A program made the translations under genes and the position numbers. This document shows positions 60,577-64,000 of a stretch of DNA of 64,000 bases, piece by piece (the first letter of the stretch is position 1; every line of letters starts with the position of its first letter). The notes beneath the pieces were generated by a model. It had not been told where the DNA came from and did not search any database. It saw only the letters and a list, made by a program, of their open reading frames with translations. The stretch comes from Macrostomum lignano. Lineage: Eukaryota. The stretch is taken from NCBI GenBank assembly GCA_002269645.1, contig NIVC01001489.1, positions 62,001-126,000 of the forward strand, in the 5' to 3' direction.

Positions 60577-63500
60577 GAAAACTGGATTCTACTGGCTGGA
60601 CTCACTGGCTTAAAATGGAAACACGGCGAAAGCAAAAAATGAAGGTAAGGAGCAATTCCAGCCGCTCCAATTGAGCTCCATTGAGTAGTCATGATGATAA
60701 GTCTCAACTGCAACGCACGCCAATCTATTTGGGCTTCATGCATTGGTAAGTTTCAATTTTCCACAATGTACAAGTGCAGCACTACAAATTCAATGCACTA
60801 TAAAACACTGAGCCCATGCCGTCAATACAGTTTTGTGCATCACCAGCTTCACAATTTGCGAGTCTTCCCGGCAGCACAAGTACAAATGGAAGCTGGACGA
60901 CATGGTGAGCGACTGCAGGCCGTGGGTGTCAGTCCACGTCAAAACAGGAGGCGACCTGCACAACATCACTCTGACGCAGTCAAATACGTAAGCAAAATTT
61001 ACTTTGCTTTTTCAATATTAAGTTTTGGAAAACAAACCAATTTTGCGTCTGCGTTTCAGTGCCGTCTTCAACAATGAGGTGTTCATCCACACTGCCAGAA
61101 GCAATTTCACAGCAAGCCACCGAGCTCCGTGTCTTTATCAAGGCACTACCAACTCATTAACTGTAGACTCCGTATTCGCCAGCGAACTGCGGGGGCAGCT
61201 TAGGTGAGCTCGGGGATAAGTTGAATAACTCAGCTTTGTTTGTTTATTGAATTAACTTATTGCTGTTTACCTGTACAGGTTGACCTTCAGGTACAACGGC
61301 ACGTGGTACAGAGCAGTGGCTCTCAGGAACAGCTCGGAACCGTCCATTGCTTTGAGTTTCGAGCCTCACGAGGACATTTTGAGTCGGTGTCACTCAAAAA
61401 TCCCACCTCGAGAATTTAGCGAGCTCAAATTGGACTCGAGCAGTCCAAATCCCGTCAAGAATCCCGTCGTTAGAAGGCGACGATCCCTGAATCTCGGGGG
61501 CTTCAGCAATGCAGCCGTCACGAAGGTGCTGGAGCTCGTCATCGTAGTCGACAGGAGCTTTGTAAGTCGCTTCGATGCCGTTGCTTTATTAGAAATATCG
61601 TTCAGCACAGCAAAATAACCCGTTAACCCATGCGCCTCCTCTGAAGGTGAGCAAAGCAGGAAGCGAGGGAAATGCCGTCGCTCGTGTTATGCAAATCACA
61701 AACTACGCGAACGGGGTAAGTAGTAAAAAATCTAAACCATCAGGCATTTGTCGTTGTCCTAATTAGCATTGACAAACCGCGACACTTCCTTGACTGACTG
61801 TTCAGGCTTATCACAAGCTAAACCTGCGCTTAGTGCTGACCAACATTATCATCTGGTCAGCCGATGTCTTCCCCATCACTAACAGTCCTGACAGCACTCT
61901 AAACAGCTTCACGGTTTACAAAATGATGCAAGTTGATGTAAAGTACGACACTATCATTCTACTAAGGTGAGCTGACAAAACCATTTGTTCGAGGTTGTTC
62001 TAACAAAACTTTATCAGCCAATAATGTTTTTTTATTTCAACGTGCAGCGCTATGCAATGGAACAGTGGCAAGACCCTCGGTCTGGCTTGGATGAATGGCT
62101 TGTGCGATAGGCTGTTCGCTGCAGCAATTGTGTCGGTAAGAGCCCACTGCTACTACTGGGATATGTTTTTGTAAACTGGCCGTAATTAATAATGAAGACA
62201 CCGAACCACTGATAGGACAAGTACGCCGAGTCCATCAGCACAGCCTGGACGCTGACTCACGAGATCGGGCACAACCTGGGCTTCGACCATGTTGAAGACG
62301 TGACCGGCTGTTCTTGCAGCAGGACCGGCGGCTGCATCATGAACGCATACCTGTCGTCAACTTACCGGTAAGAAATGCATCGCAATAATTTATTAACACA
62401 TAATATAACACTTTAACTATTGGCTAAATTTCGCACTAATTTTACAGCCTGACCGTTCTCGACTGGTCAACCTGCGCCATTAACACGTGGAATTCACAGG
62501 TGAATTCGACCTGGCGCAGCTGCTTAGCCGACGCTCCCGAAGCGTCCTACTATACCAGCCGGAGCCCAATGTGCGGCAACGGCATCCTGGAGACTGGCGA
62601 GCAGTGCGACTGCGGCCCGGCCGAGGTGAGTCAGAAATAAACAAAACATCGCCAATGCACAACGAATAGCCAAGTGCTTGATGCGTCATGCGAAGGTTGA
62701 AAGAGCCGGGCACCGCCCCCACAGACTCTCAGCACTATTCTTGGCTTGCTTTGCGCACAGTAAATGCATCGCACAATGGTAACTCGTCTGTGCTCAGAGC
62801 TGAGTCTCAGGGGTTCTAGTGAAGGAGAGGCTATTGTGTGAGATATGCATGAGCTATTCAGCTTTGGCTCAGTACTACGCTCGTACATTTAGTAGTGCTA
62901 ACAACTAACAATACGCACATTTTACGAGCTTCCATTATATTTGCCCCTATGAACACCTCAAATTTCGCGAGTAGCCATGAGTAAGCTTTAAAAAATAAAG
63001 AGCTCTACAAAAAGTGGAGTTTAATTACTCACAGGGCTTTGTCTCGTCGCAGTCCAAGTACGAAGGGTTTAGAAGAGTATTCTGCTAATACGGAATTGAC
63101 CGCCAAACTACCAAGACATGTCTATGTTGATTAATTATTGATGCACAAAACAGATTGAAGGGCACAGCGTTCTAGATAGCATTAGGATCAGAGAAAATTC
63201 TAATGCTCTAATACTGTGCTCTAATGCTCTAATTCTAATACTGTGACATTCAATCTTCCACTTGCTAACCATCGCAGACTTGCACATCGAGATGCTGCGA
63301 CGCCGCTACGTGTCGGCTGAAGGCTGGTGCCGCCTGCGCCTCAGGGTCGTGCTGCGACTGGAACACCTGCAGCCTGCGGTCCAGTGGGGACGTCTGTAGG
63401 GCAGCCAACGGGCCGTGCGACGTGCCGGAGACCTGCAGCGGTTCCAGCGAGTGGTGTCCAGCCGATGACAAAGTGGCCAATGGCGTCGATTGCGCTTCCG

Positions 63501-63849
63501 GTCAGGTGAGATTTTCGTCGCTGGATCGAAGCTTAAAAAATTCTTTTTTATTTTCGTTGAGCGTCTCGTTGAGCGTTTTTTATTTTAGTTGAGTGTCTCA
63601 ATGAAGTTGCTCAGATGTTAAAAACTACACCCAATTTCAGGCGTACTGCTACAATGGCCAGTGCAAAACAACGGACTCTCAGTGCCAGCTGCTGTACTCC
63701 GCCACTGCCACCACAGGGAGCACCACCTGCTACAACTTGAACCGGCGGGGCGACCTGTACGGACACTGCAGCCTGCAGCTGGACGGGGTCAGCTACGTCT
63801 CCGGCGCGGGCTTCGATCGGTCGTATTCCTTCGGCGCCTGCTCCTTAGC
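60577..63849 (+). CDS. ADAM metalloprotease-disintegrin, partial (5' end unresolved, 3' end beyond window); exons include 60577-60644, 60875-60987, 61060-61203, 61279-61561, 61647-61715, 61806-61966, 62048-62135, 62216-62367, 62448-62625, 63278-63505, 63641-63849
   Basis: Prodomain CLYQG, furin site RRRRS, LELVIVVD, intact HEIGHNLGFDH zinc motif, Met-turn CIM, CGNGILETGEQCDCG, disintegrin loop CDVPETC, Cys-rich domain. Phases consistent. Confidence 0.9.
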
Positions 63850-64000
63850 GTGAGTCCGACCCCCGCGAGACTAGTCAATGACTACTCAATGACGCGAGAA
63901 TAACGCCGGAATCAATTTCAGGACGAGCTATTTTAATCTAAAAAACATTCAATTGTCTCAGACAGGCTTTTTAGCTTTCTATCCCATTGTTTGATTGAAA

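Overview
Eukaryotic (animal) genomic DNA with GC-rich exons, spliceosomal introns and extremely abundant intronic minisatellites. This architecture resembles a free-living flatworm such as Macrostomum (inference only). Genes reconstructed by hand from splice sites and reading phase: a small two-exon RRM/LINE-ORF1-like gene (+), a small unknown ORF (-), an ARMC10/ARMCX-like armadillo protein (+), a GRD-like Cys-loop channel subunit (+), a C16orf89/UPF0764-like secreted protein (+), two tandem sigma-class GSTs (+), a PP2C phosphatase (-), a ~2742-aa ankyrin-only protein (-) and an ADAM metalloprotease (+, runs off the window end). Mobile DNA: a degenerate Tc1/IS630 relic, a full-length but defective mariner with perfect 34-bp TIRs, two tRNA-headed SINE-like elements, an RTE fragment, two tandem intron-containing tyrosine-recombinase (Crypton-like) relics and a Penelope GIY-YIG fragment followed by a minimal hammerhead-like motif. 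Most notable observations: the hammerhead sitting in sense just upstream of the ankyrin gene; the Crypton-like tandem; a Cys-loop pore with -1' Asp and an unusual 2' Glu; intronic arrays built from splice-donor or Pol III B-box motifs; and TACATGTA insertions, one with an empty allele in the same array.
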